A stretch of 64,000 nt of DNA from Lingula anatina (lineage: Eukaryota; Animalia; Brachiopoda): contig JBPQGU010000016.1 in NCBI GenBank assembly GCA_051362555.1, forward strand, positions 6,014,001 to 6,078,000. The letters run 5' to 3'. A program made the position numbers and the translations under genes. Under the pieces are notes generated by a model that was given only the letters and a program-made list of their open reading frames with translations, did no database searches and was not told the DNA's origin. Below, one piece after another: positions 1 through 12,991 of this stretch (its first letter is position 1; the number at the start of each line of letters is the position of its first letter).

Positions 1-142
1 AGTTCATTAGTATACAGTCAGAATTATTGTATAATAAAATCATTATCTAAACAAAGAAAACCATTATATTCATATTGCTTTTAGAGGTCTCAATTTAAAA
101 GATTTGATAAGCTAGGAAAGGGGGTTGGGTAGCATTGCTCAC

Positions 143-303
143 CTGTCGTGTTCAAAGCAGGTGTCTCAAGTAATGCAATTAATGTGCTTTCAAAAAGAAT
201 TTTAATTTGTCACTGCTGTGTTTTTCATTAAAATTTCTTTTTCTACTGTTGTCTGGATTATGTTTGAAGAGACTATGAAATACTTTTTCAGTTTTTATAA
301 TAT
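143..303 (-). other. Candidate non-coding/5'UTR exon of a minus-strand spliced transcript
   Basis: On the minus strand, a strong acceptor ttttaatgtttttgcAG (305-304) and donor CAG|GTGAGC (142-137) flank 161 nt of non-repetitive sequence. All three frames contain stops. Confidence 0.35.
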
Positions 304-903
304 CTGCAAAAACATTAAAAAAAAATTAATTAGAGGCCTGCCAAAATTATTTTTCATAAATAAATTTATTCATCCATAATTATCCAATTAATCAAAAAGT
401 TTTAACCAAGGTCACTCAGCTATAACGCTACCGGAAAGGGGGGGGGGGGGGGGGGATAATCACCGGTAGCTTACAAGTTTTTATCCTTAGTTTTCATAAT
501 TGGAAATAATTTGAAAAACAGCAATAATGCTCTTTAAATATTCTATTTTTCTTTATTTTTGAATGGAAGCCTCACTTAAATCTTTAGAAGTTGTCAAAAT
601 CTACAAATCATTTATGACTCTGATGCTAAATAAAGTTCATAGTGTCTTTTTTCAGAAAATAATATAAATTTATAAGGTAGTGATTTCATTTTCATTTTAA
701 GAACATAAAACTCAATATCACAATACAAAGTATGATCTATAAAAATCCGAATTGAATGCATATTTAACCATCATAAATCACTTTGAATTCTTAAACAAAA
801 TGCAAAATGAAAGATACAATAAAACTTGTTGACTTTAAATTTACATTTTATTTAGTAGGTCAGGAAAAATAATTCTCAAAGCACGACTTTGGACAGTCTC
901 TAA

Positions 904-1113
904 GACCCCATTCCCAGATATTAGATCGATCCAACTAGATTGACCTAGCTCCCTGGGGGTTCACGCTAAATAGCTGTCAGCCGAGCGGGCTCAAAAGTTA
1001 ATTTCCCCCTTACAGCTCGAAGTAGGCAGGACGGACATTTAAGAAGGATTATCTGACAGTAATCTAGTGAGACTCCCCACGGGGATAGATCTAAAATCTA
1101 TGGGAATGCGCCC
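904..1113. mobile_element. PIF/Harbinger-like MITE
   Basis: Imperfect TIRs GACCCCATTCCCA / TGGGAATGCGCCC, flanked by TAA on both sides, with a quasi-palindromic interior. Confidence 0.7.
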
Positions 1114-1116
1114 TAA

Positions 1117-1254
1117 GAGTTTGCATTGCTCTATAGTTAGTCCTGGATGCCACACAGGGCAGGCATATTCTAGAATTGAGCGCACAATACTTTGGTAAAC
1201 TTGAATTAAGTCAGCAGGGCTGAGTTTTGCTCGCTTCAGTTGACGGAGAAAATA
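1117..1254 (-). pseudogene. Non-LTR retrotransposon (CR1/L2-group) RT C-terminal fragment
   Basis: Translation YFLRQLKRAKLSPADLIQVYQSIVRSILEYACPVWHPGLT matches the post-RT 'Y.S.VRP.LEYA.PVW' motif of CR1/L2-group LINEs. Confidence 0.8.
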
Positions 1255-1420
1255 GACCCCATTCCCATAAATTTTAGATCGATCTATCCCTGTGGGGAGT
1301 CTCACTAGATTACTGTCAGCTTAGCCTGCTAAAGCGTCTGTCCCGCCTTCTTAATGCTGTAAAGGGGTAATTAACTGTGGTGCGCACTCGGCTGATTGCA
1401 ATTTAGCGTGAACCCCCCCG
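1255..1420. mobile_element. Truncated inverted copy of the 904-1113 Harbinger-like MITE
   Basis: Starts GACCCCATTCCCA and is reverse-complementary to about 950-1110. It is cut off by a family A fragment. Confidence 0.65.
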
Positions 1421-2493
1421 TCGCTGTCGCCGTCGTCGCCGTGCACTTTTACCGATAACACGATAAGTGGAAAACTGTTTTTTCTTTTGGCTTGAATTTT
1501 ACAGAACTGATGAATATTCATAATACGCAGGTCAAGTTCGAAAATCGGCGTGATTGGGTCATTTTTAGTGAATTTAGGCTATTTTTTCTCTTTTTTTTTC
1601 AGCATATATGCAGCACCGATAACACCATAAATGGAAAACCATTTTAAAAAATTTTGAAAAACCGTTTCACCTTTTGGCTTGAAACTTACAGAACTGATGA
1701 ATATTCATAATACGCAGGTAAAGTTCGAAAATCAGCATGATCGGGCCATTTTTAGGGAAGTTATGCTGTTTTTTTCACTTCTTTCAACATATATGCAACG
1801 CTAATAACGCAATATAAGAAAAACAGATAGGCCAATTGTCATTATACTCACAGGAGTAGTCAAAGTAACTAAAATGCAGGTTGAGTTTGAAAATCAGCAT
1901 AATCGGGCCATTATTTTAGAAGTTATGCTGTTTTTTCACATTTCCTCAGATTCAATTGTTAGGCATGTTAACAGTCTCATTATTGAACTAATAAGATACA
2001 TAAAAGTGTTTGTTTGACATTTCCTGCATCTTTATAACATTGTTAGTTGATTATGTAAAAATGATGGTAAACTTGTTATTGTGTATTATGTTATAAAGTG
2101 TCAAAAATGGAAATAAACAAATATCATTGCAGTTTGTCAGATTCAATCATCTACTATATTCATTATCTCAGAATGGAGAAAATTGGACATTTAACACTGT
2201 TCTATTGATATTTTTCCCATCTCATCAATTTTCTTTGTTGATCATATACAAATGGTAGAAAACTGTTTATTTTGTTTTATGTTAAAAAAGTGTTTTAAAA
2301 ATGGAAGTAAACCCATTGCAGAACAGTGCTGTCTTGTTTAAGCATATATGCAGCACCGATAACACGATAAGTGGAAAACCATTTTACCTTTTCCCTTGAA
2401 ACTTACAAAACTGATGAATATTCATGATACGCAGGTCAAGTTCGAAAATCAGCATGATCGGGTCATTTTTAGGGAAGTTATGCTGTTTTTCAC
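1420..2493 (+). mobile_element. Family A Helentron/DINE-like element, headless fragment
   Basis: (GTC/GCC) microsatellite followed by ~161-bp units and family A interior sequence. Confidence 0.7.
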
Positions 2494-5306
2494 TTTTTAT
2501 GTACAGACACAGATGTGTCTGTACATATAGCCGTCATCTGCGTCTGTCGTCGCCGTCGTCGCCGTTGCCGTGCACTTTTACCGATAACACGATAAATGGA
2601 AAACTGTTTTTATGTACAGATACAGATGTGTCTGTACATATAGCCGTCATCTGCGTCTGTCGTCGCCGTCGTCGCCGTCGCCGTGCACTTTTACCGATAA
2701 CATGATAAGTGGAAAACTGTTTTTTATTTCAGCTTGAAACTTACAGAATTGATGAATAGTCATAATATGCAGGTCGAGTTCGAAAATCGGCATGATCGGG
2801 TGACTTGTAGGGAAGTTATGCTGTTTTTTCACTTTTTTTCAGCATATATTCAGCACTGATAACACGATAAGTGGAAAACCATTTAACCCTTTGGCTTGAA
2901 ACTTACAGAACTGATGAATATTCATAATACACAGGTCAAGTTCGAAAATCAGCGTGATTGGGTCATTTTTAGTGAATTTAGGCTATTTTTTTCTTTTTTC
3001 AGCATATATACAGCACTGATAACATTATAAATGGAAAACCATTTTACCTTTTGGCTTGAAACTTACAGAACTGATGAATACTCATTATACGCAGGTCAAG
3101 TTCGAAAATCAGCATGATTGGGTCATTTTTAGTGAATTTAGGCTATTTTTTCCCTTTTTTCAGCATTTTTGCAACACCGATAACACAATAATTGAAAAGC
3201 TGATTTACCCTTTGGCTTGAAACTTACAGAACTGATAAATATTCATAATGCACAGCTCGAGTTTGAAAATCAGCATGATCAGGCCACTTTTATGGAAGTT
3301 TAGCTATTTTTTTCACTTTTTCCAACATATGATAACACTGATAACACAATATAAGAAAAACAGATAGGCCAATTGTCATAATACTTACAGGAGTAGTCAA
3401 TCTTACCAAAAAGCAGGTTGAGTTAGAAATTAAGCATAATCGGACCATTATTTTAGAAGTTATGCTGTTTTTTCACATTTCCCCAGATTCAATTCGTAAG
3501 CATGTTAACAGTCTCTTTATTTAACTAATAAGATACGTAAAAGTGTTTATTTGATATTTCCTGCATCTTTACAACATTGTTAGTTGATTATGTAAAAGTG
3601 ATGGTAAACTTGATATTGTGTACTGTGTAATAAAGTGTCAAAAATGGAAATAAACTCATATCATTGCAGTTTGTCAGATTCAATCATCCACTATGTTCAG
3701 AATCTCAGAATGGAGGAAATCTGACATTTAACACTGTTCTTTTGATACTTTTCCCATCTATTCAATTTCCTTAGTTGGTCATATAAAAATGGCAGTAAAA
3801 TGTTTATTTTGTTTTATGTTAAAAAAAGTGTTAAAAATAGAAATAAACCCATTTCAGAACAGTGCTGTCTTGTTTACATTTTGGCATTTTCAAGATGTGA
3901 CTTTGAAGTTCCATGGGCCTGAAGACCTTTGCTAATCACATTTTCTGAATATCTGTGATACATATATTTTATAATTAAAAATTGATGGTCATTAAGCTGT
4001 TAAAAATTATGTAATATTGCATCAAAATTTGAAGAAACCCCTATTTTGGGCACTGCTCCCTTGATGACCATTTAAGGAAAATCATGTCACTTACTGTTCT
4101 CAAACTTACAGGAAAGAAACATGGGACTAAAATACAGCTTCAGTAGGCAATGCAGTCTGTTTGGTATATATATATTTTTTGGCAGTTAAACAGTTTTTTG
4201 TGAAAATTTAATTTTTCACATGTTGGCATTTTCAAGGTGTGACTTTGAAGTTCCATGATCCTGAAGACCTTTGGTTGTCACATTTTCTGAATGTCCATAT
4301 TACTAATATTCTATTATTAAAATATTGGTCATTTTGCGCTAAAGCATTATGTAATGTTGCATCAAAATAGAAGAAAACACAATTTTTGGTGCTGCTGCCA
4401 TGATGACCATTATGTGAAAACTGTGTTACTTATGACTGTCAAACCTTTAAAAAAGAAACACTGGACTAAAATGCAGCCTGAGTTGGAAAAGCAGTCTAAT
4501 TGGCTTCTTTTTCTGGAAGTTATACATTTGAGTGAAATATTCATTATCTTTTTGGCATATTCATAGTGGGACTCGGAGCTCCTATGGACATGAAGGCGAA
4601 TGGTAATCAAATTTTCTACATGTCCATGCTATTTATAGTCAATAATAAAAAATTGGTGATAATTATTATACAATTTATTATGTAATGTTACATCAAAATT
4701 GACAACAATCTTTTTGCACTGCTACTGCAAACATTATGAAAAAAAAACTATGTTACTTATTATAAATTTTAACTTCCAAGTATGATTTTAAGGATTGGCA
4801 TGCAGTTCAAATTAGAAAGCTAGGTCAATTGGGTTATCGTTTATTATTGAATAATTTATGCAATTTTGTGTGAAATTTTCATTTTTCTCATTCTGGCACT
4901 TTCTAAGTATAAACTTGAAATCTGATGGGCCTGAAGCCTTATGCTCCTACTTTAGTTGGTGTTATCTGTTGTGCATAATTAAAATTTGATGTTGACTGTG
5001 CAGTTAAACATAATGTATTAATGCATCAGAATTGGTAGTCTCCTATTTTGTTTTGTGCTTTTCTTAAGATGTGACTTATGGGCCTAAAAAGGCCTTTGAG
5101 AGGGTCAGTCTGTAAATTTCCCTTGGGTATCACTTAGCTAAGCTCTGAGTTATAAAGTGATTTGCCTAATTGATTATTAATAGGCCATTAAATGAGATTA
5201 CATAAAGCACACTTGTTGATATCTCCCTGTAAAGTCCCAAAGGTTAAGCTCTCTGCTAGATTAATAATAAGGAAGCAGTGATAATTATGGAGGTAAATTA
5301 TTCAGG

Positions 5307-5312
<6 letters not shown>

Positions 5313-5353
<41 letters not shown>
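5313..5353. repeat. (TA)n microsatellite
   Basis: Seen directly; the matching array in the inverted copy is at about 9174-9210. Confidence 0.95.
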
Positions 5354-5355
<2 letters not shown>

Positions 5356-5400
5356 AACACGAAGATGTAAAGTTTGAATAGCAGCATCATTGGAATTATA

Positions 5401-5620
5401 TTTACCTCAGGCTCTGCCAAGGGGGTTATATTTTCACCCCTGTTTGTCTGTCATCAACATAACTCAAAAAGTTATAGACCGATTTCGCTGAAATTTTCAG
5501 GAACTGTCAGAAAAGGGCCAATGATTAGTTTTTGGTGGTGGTCTGGCTCAATTATCAATCAATAATAATCAACAATTGCTGCCTTGGCAGAGGTCTGCAC
5601 TCTCGGAGTGCTTTTCTAGT
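5401..5620 (+). mobile_element. Family C short Helentron-like element nested in family A
   Basis: 5' TTTACCTC..CTGCCAAGG, 3' inverted CCTTGGCAGAGGT, hairpin GCACTC-TCG-GAGTGC and terminal CTAGTT. Confidence 0.7.
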
Positions 5621-6194
5621 TTTGTTATGTTTTCCTTTATAATTTTTTCTCAAACACTTGCATTTGTGACTTTTAACTCAAATCCGCTCGAGGCTCTGCA
5701 AAATTTTCTGTATTTCCACAGAAGCAGTTGTATATTTTTTATGTCTTTAAACATTATGTAATATTATTTTATGCACTGTCATCATTTTTCAAATATTGAG
5801 ACTTTCATCGTGCAACTTTGGTCTCTCATGGACCTGAAACTGTAATCTTATTGAAGGGGTGGATTGAGACCATCTTCTGGGTCTTCCGGAAGACAGTCAA
5901 GTTATTAAGTTTATATTGACTGGCATCTATTTTTTTCTGTTGGAAGACCATCAAAGTGGAGGATGGATCAACATAGATACTTTAGAATACTGTCAGAAAA
6001 TATCTCAGGGTCCGCTCCTGTTATTGACCATGTTACCTGTTGTGCATGATTAAAATTCAGTGTTGACTGGCAGTGCTATTATAAGCATTATTTATTATTG
6101 CATCAAAATTGACAAAATGACCTTTTTTGGATCTTTATTTTCTGTTTATTGTCTGTACATTTGACAGCTTTGCTGCCTTGTTTCTTTTGGTATC

Positions 6195-7330
6195 AAACTT
6201 ACAGAACTGATGAATATTCATAATACGCAGGTCAAGTTCGAAAATCAGCATGATCTGGTCACTTTTAGGGAATTTATGCTGTTTTTTCACTTTTTTCAGC
6301 ATATATGCAGCACCGATAACACGATAAGTGAAAAACCATTTTACCTTTTGACTTGAAACTTACAAAACTGATGAATATTCATAATATGCAGGTCAAGTTC
6401 GAAAATCAGCATGATCGGGTTACTTTTAGGGAATTTATGCTGTTTTTTCACGTTTTTCAGCATATATGCAGCACCGATAACACGATAAGTGAAAAACCAT
6501 TTTACCTTTTGGCTTGAAAGTTACAGAACTGATGAATATTCATAATACGCAGGTCAAGTTCGAAAATCAGCATGATCGGGTCATTTTTAGGGAATTTATG
6601 TTGTTTTTTCACTTTTTTCAGCATATGTGCAACCCCGATAACACGATAAGTGGAAAACCATTCTACCTTTTGGCTTGAAACTTACAAAATTGATGAATAT
6701 TCATAATACGCAGGTCAAGTTCGAAAATCAGCATAATTGGGTCATTTTTCGGGAATTTATGCTGTTTTTTCACTTTTTTCAGCATATATGCAGCACCGAT
6801 AACACCATTAGTGGAAAACCAATTAACCTTTTGGCCTGAAACTTGCAGAACTGATAAATATTCATAATACGCAAGTCAAGTTCAAAAATCAGCATGATTC
6901 GATTATTGTTAAGGAATTTATGCTGTTTTTTCACTTTTTTCAGCATATATGCAGCACTGATAACACAATAAGTGGAAAACTGTTCTTTCATTTGGCTTGA
7001 AACTTACAGGACTAATGAATAGTCATAATACGCAGGTCAAGTTTGAAAATCAGCAAGATCGGGCAATTTTTATGGAAGTAATCCTGTTTTTTTTTTTTGT
7101 TTTTTTTTTTTTTTTCAATTTTTTCAGCACCTTTATAACAGCGATAACATGATAAGTGTAAAAATGTTTTTCCTTTTGGATTGAAATTTACAGAACTGGT
7201 GAATATTTATAATATGCAGGTCAAGTTTGAAAATTGGCATGATTAGACTATTTTTACAAAAGTAATGCTGTTTTTTTCCCTTTATTCAGCATACATGCAA
7301 CACTGATAACGCATTTTAAGGAAAAGCAAT
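6195..7330 (+). repeat. Tandem array of ~161-bp family A units (about 7 copies)
   Basis: AAACTTACAGAACTGATGAATATTCATAAT recurs at about 6195, 6356, 6517, 6678, 6839 and 7000. Confidence 0.9.
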
Positions 7331-8378
7331 CAGCCTTTTGTCTTGCAACTCACAGGAGTGATCAATCTGACCAGTATACAGATCAAGTTTGAAAATAAGC
7401 TTGATCAGTTAAGTTTTGATGAAGTTATTAGCTTTTTTGTATATAAGTGGTTTTTCTTCAGATTTAATTCTTAAGCATGTTAACAATCTCATTACGGAAC
7501 TAATTGGATATGTAAAAGTGTTGTTTTAACATTTTCTGCTTCTTAACAATATTGTTAGTTGATTGTATAAAAATGACAGTAAACCTATTATCGTGCATTG
7601 TGTAATAAAGTATCAAAAATGGAAAGGAACTCATCATTGCAGTTCGTCAGATTCAATCATTCACTATGTTCAGAATCTCCAAATGGAGCTAATTGGACAT
7701 TATAAATTGTTCTATTGCTATTTTTCCTATGTCAACAATTTTCCTAGTTGATCATTTAAAAATGACAGTAAATTGATTATGGTTTTATGTAAAAAAGGTG
7801 TTGAAAATGGAAAGAAAATCATTTCAGTACAGTTATCTCTTGTTAACATTTTGGCATTTTGAAAGTGTGACCCTAACTTCCATGTCCTTGGAGACCTTTC
7901 CACATCACATTTTCTGAATATCCATGATACTTTTATTTTTTTATAAAAAAATTGATGGTCATTATGTTGTTAAGTATTATGTTATATTGCATGAAAGTTA
8001 AAGAAAACCCTATTTTGGACACTGCTGCCAGGATAGCGATTAAGGGAAAACCATGTTACTTATGATAATCAACCTTACTGAAAAGACTGAAGTACAGCTT
8101 GTGTTGGAAAACCATCGTAATTGTTTTCTGTTTTGAAAGCAATGCAGTACAGTGCTATTTGGTGCAATAAATGTATATGGATAGTAGGCAGTTAATTCAG
8201 GGTTATAAAATAATTTGCTTAATTGATTTTCAAGTGGCCATTAAATGAGATTACATAAACACACATTGAGATTTCATTGTAAAGTCCCATAGGTTTAGCT
8301 CTCTTAACTGTGTCACATAATTAGGAATCGATGATTATTATGCAGGTAAATGTTATTTAATATGGAAAATAAGTTTAC

Positions 8379-9171
8379 AAACAAGGCAGCAAAGCTGTCA
8401 AATGTACAGACAAAAAACAGAAAATAAAGATGCAAAATAGGTCATTTTGTCAATTTTGATGCAATAATTAATAATGCTTATAATAGCACTGTCAGTCAAC
8501 ACTGAATTTTAATCATGCACAACAGGTAAAATGGTCAATAACATGACCCAGAGATATTTTCTGACAGTATTCCAAAGTATCTATTTTGATCCATCCTCCA
8601 TTTTGATGGTCTTCCAACAGAAGAAAAAATAGATACCAGGCAATATAAACTTAATAACCTGACTGTCTTCCAGAAGACCCAGAAGATGGTCTCAATCTAC
8701 CCTTTCAATAAGATTACAGTTTCAAGACCATGAGTTTAAATTCACATGATGAAAGTCTCAATATTTGAAAAATGATGACAGTGCATAAAATAATATTACA
8801 TAAGTAACATAATGTTTAAAGACATAAAAAACAATACAACTGCTTATGTGGAAATACAGAAATGTCAGAGCCTCAGGCGGATGAGAGTTAAAAGTCACAA
8901 ATGCAAGTGTTTGAGAAAAAATTATAAAGGAAAACATAACAAAACTAGAAAAGTGCTCCGAGAGTGCAGACCTCTGCCAAGGTAGCAATTGTTGATTATC
9001 ATTGATTATTGTCCTCTTTGGCCCACTTCCGACAGTTCCTGAAAATTTCAGCAAAATCGGTCCATAACTTTTTGAGTTATGTTGATGACAAACGGTTGAA
9101 AATATAACCTCCTTGGCAGAGGTAAATATAATTCCAATGAAGCTGCTATTCAAACTTTTAATCTTTGAGTT

Positions 9172-9214
<43 letters not shown>

Positions 9215-12200
9215 TTATTTGCAATATTAAACAAAATTCACCTGCATAATTATCACTGCTTCCTTCTTATTAATCTAGCAGAGAGCTTAACCTATGGGAG
9301 TTTACAGGGAAATATCAACAAGTGTGCTTTATGTAATCTCATTTAATGGCCGATTAATTAGGCAAATTACTTTACAACACTGAAATTAGCTAAGTGATAC
9401 CCAAGGGAAATTTACAGACTGACCCTCTCAAAGGTCTTTCAGGCCCATAAGTCACAACTTAAGAAAAGCACAAAACAATAATGCACAAAATAGGAGACTA
9501 CCAATTCTGATGCAATAATACATTATGTTTAACTGCACAGTCAACATCAAATTTTAATTATGCACAACAGGTAACACCAACGAAAGTAAAAGCATAAGGC
9601 TTCAGGCCCATCAGAGTTCAAGTTTATACTTAGAAAGTGCCAGAATGAGAAAAATGAAATTTCACACAAAATTGCATAAAATTCAATAATAAATGATGAC
9701 CCAATTGACCTGGCTTTCTAATTTGAACTGCATGCCAATCCTAAAAATCATACTCATAAGTTAAATATAATAATAAATAACACAGTTTTCTTTTCATAAT
9801 GTTTGCAGTAGCAGTGCAAAAAGATTATTGTCAATTTTGATGTAACATTACATAATAAATTATAGAATAATTATCACCAATTTTTGATTATTGACTATAA
9901 ATAGCATGAACATGTAGAAAATGTGATTACCATCCGGCTTCATGTCCATGGGAGCTCCGAGTCCCACAATGAATATGCCAAAAAGATAATGAATATTTCA
10001 CTAAAATGTATAACTTCCAGAAAAAGAAGCCAATAAGACTGCTTTTCCAACTCGGGCTGCATTTTAATCCTGTGTTTCTTTTTTGAAAGTTTGACAATCA
10101 TAAGTAACACGGTTTTCCCATAATGGTCATCATGGCAGCAGCACCAAAAATTGTGTTTTCATCTATTTTGATGCAACATTACATAATGCTTAACAGCATA
10201 ATGACCATCAATTTTTAATAATAGAATATTAGTAACATGGACATTCAGAAAATGTGACAAGCAAAGGTCTTCAGGATCATGGAACTTCAAAGTCACACCT
10301 TGAAAATGCCAATAAGTGAAAAATTAAATTATCACAAAAAACTGTTTAATTGCCAGAAAAAATTACCAAACAGACTGCATTGTCTACTGAAGCTGTATTT
10401 TAGACCCATGTTTCTTTCCTGTAAGTTTGAGAACAGTAAGTGACATGATTTTCCTTAAATGGTCATCATGGGAGCAGTGCCCAAAATAGGGGTTTCTTCA
10501 AATTTTGATGCAACATTATGTTTAACAGCATGATGACCATCAATTTTTAATAATAGAATATTAGTAACATGGACATTTAGAAAACGTGACAAGCAAAGGT
10601 CTTCAGGATCATGGAACTTCAAAGTCACACCCTGAAAATGCCAATATGTGAAAAATTAAATTTTCACAAAAAACTGTTTAATTGCCAGAAAAAATTACCA
10701 AACAGACTGCATTGTCTACTGAAGCTGTATCTTAGACCTATGTTTCTTTCCTGTAAGTTTGAGAACAGTAAGTGACATGATTTTCCTTAAATGGTCATCA
10801 TGGGAGCAGTGCCCAAAATAGGGGTTTCTTCAAATTTTGATGCAACATTACATAATATTTAACAGCATAATGACCATCAATTTTTAATAATAGAATATTA
10901 GTAACATGGACATTTAGAAAACGTGACAAGCAAAGGTCTTCAGGATCATGGAACTTCAAAGTCACACCCTGAAAATGCCAACGTGAAAAATTAAATTTTC
11001 ACAAAAAACTGTTTAACTGCCAGAAAAAATTACCAAACAGACTGCATTGCCTACTGGAGCTGTATTTTAGTCCCATGTTTCTTTCCTGTAAGTTTGAGAA
11101 CAGTAAGTGACATGATTTTCTTTAAATGGTCATCATGGGAGCAGTGCCCAAAATAGGGGTTTCTTCAAATTTTGATGTAATATTACATAATGTTAAACAG
11201 CATAATGACCATCAATTTTTAATCATAAAATATTAGTATCATGGATATTCAGAAAATGTGACTAGCAAAGGTCTGTAGGCTCGTGGAACTTCAAAGTCAC
11301 ATCTTAAAAATGCCAAAATGTAAACAAGACAGCACATTTCTGAAATGGGTTTATTTCCATTTTTAACACTTTTTTAACATAAAGCAAAATAAACAGTTTA
11401 CTGCCATTTTTATATGACCAACTAAGAAAATTGATGAGATGGGAAAAATATCAATAGAACAGTGTTAAATGTCCAATTCCCTCCATTCTGAGATTCTGAA
11501 CATAGTGGATGATTGAATCTAACAAACTGCAATGATATGAGTTTATTTCCATTTTTGACACTTTATTACACAATACACGATAACAAGTTTACCATCATTT
11601 TTACATAATCAACTAACAATGTTGTAAAGATACAGGAAATATCAAACAAACACTTTTACGTATCTTATTAGTTAAATAATGAGACTGTTAACATGCCTAA
11701 GAATTGAATCAAGAGGAAATGTGAAAAAACAGCACAACTTCTAAAATAATGGCCCAATTATGCTGATTTTCGAACTCAACCTGCGTTTTAGTAAGATTGA
11801 CCACTCCTGTGAGTATAATGACAATTGGCCAATCTGTTTTTCTTATATTGTGTTATCAGTGTTGCATATATGTTGAAAAAAGTGAAAAAAACAGCATAAC
11901 TCCCCTAAAAATGGCCTGATCATGCTGATTTTCGAACTTGACCTGCGGATTATGAATATTCATCAGTTTTGTAAGTTTCAAGCCAAAAAGTAAAATGGTT
12001 TTCTACTTATCGTGTTATCGGTGCTGCATATATGCTGAAAAAAGTGAAAAAACAGCATAACTTCCCTACAAGTCACCCCATCATGCTGATTTTCGAACTC
12101 GACCTGCGTATTATGAATATTCATCAGTTCTGCAGGTTTCAAGCCAAAAGAAAAAACGGTTCTTCACTTATCGTGTTATTGGTGAAAGTGCACGACGGCG

Positions 12201-12269
12201 ACGACGGCGACGACGACAGACGCAGATGATGGCTATATGTACAGACACATCTGTGTCTGTACATAAAAA
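8379..12269 (-). mobile_element. Family A HINE, full length, reverse orientation
   Basis: Reverse-complement tail at 8379-8412 and head hairpin at 12237-12264. It contains the nested family C element (8944-9126) and a (TA)n array like the plus-strand copy. Confidence 0.85.
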
Positions 12270-12772
12270 TTTGATGGTCATTATGCTGTTAAGTATTATG
12301 TTTTATTGCATGAAAGTTGAAGAAAACCCTATTTTGGACACTGCTGCCAGGATAGCGATTAAGGGAAAACCATGTTACTTACGATACTGAAACTTACTGA
12401 AAAGTTTCATAAGACAGAAGTGCAGCTTGTGTTTGAAAACCAGTGTGATTGTTTTCTGTTTTGGAAGCAATGCAGGTTTATAGAGTGCTATACTGGCATT
12501 TTCAAGTTGTGACTTATCACTCCCATCTGCCAGGAGCCCTGTACTCTTACTTTGTAACATTTTCTGTATTTTGTTAAGTTACAAGAATGATTCTTAGGAT
12601 TGACATACAGCCCCCCTCCCCCCCCCCCCAAAAAAAAATTATATATATATATATATAGATAGATAGATAGATTTTTTTTTAAATGAGTTTAAGCAATTTT
12701 TTTTTTGTGTAATTTTCACTGTACCTTATTCTGACATTTCCAAAGTTTAACTCTTATCAGCCTGACACCTTA

Positions 12773-12991
12773 GGGACTATTTCCAGACCCTATCACGCTA
12801 ACTGTGGATCGATCTATCTCCATGGGAATTCTCGCTAAATTGCAATCAATGTAAGTGGCTTAGTTGTCTGTCATGCCTACTGAAACTGGCATGCCAGAAT
12901 CCTAAGACTCTCAAACTGAAAGCAATTTAGTGAGAAACCCCTTGGAGTTGGATTGATCCTGTTAGATTGATCTAGGTATGGGAACTTAGTC
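12773..12991. mobile_element. Harbinger-like MITE inserted in family A sequence
   Basis: GGGACTATTTCCAGACC...GGTATGGGAACTTAGTC flanked by TTA/TAA. It interrupts the host motif GCCTGAAGCCTTATGCTTG. Confidence 0.65.

Larger units (their letters stand above)
2494..6183 (+). mobile_element. Family A non-autonomous Helentron/DINE-1-like element (HINE), full length with duplicated head
   Basis: T-run plus 5' hairpin ATGTACAGACAC-AGAT-GTGTCTGTACAT (at 2499 and 2612), GTC/GCC microsatellite, ~161-bp tandem units, 3' subterminal TGTCTGTACAT and stem-loop GACAGC-TTT-GCTGCC ending in Ts. Confidence 0.8.

Noticed and set aside
331-902. Possible TIR element (TAGAGGCCTGCC / GGACAGTCTCTA) containing a G-run flanked by GCTACCGG/CCGGTAGC
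   Set aside because: The terminal match is poor and there is no convincing TSD.
6195-7330. Hammerhead ribozyme/retrozyme in the 161-bp units (CTGATGA ... GAAA)
   Set aside because: Both core motifs occur, but the sequence between CTGATGA and GAAA does not close a stem II, and the alternative permutation leaves no room for stems I and III.
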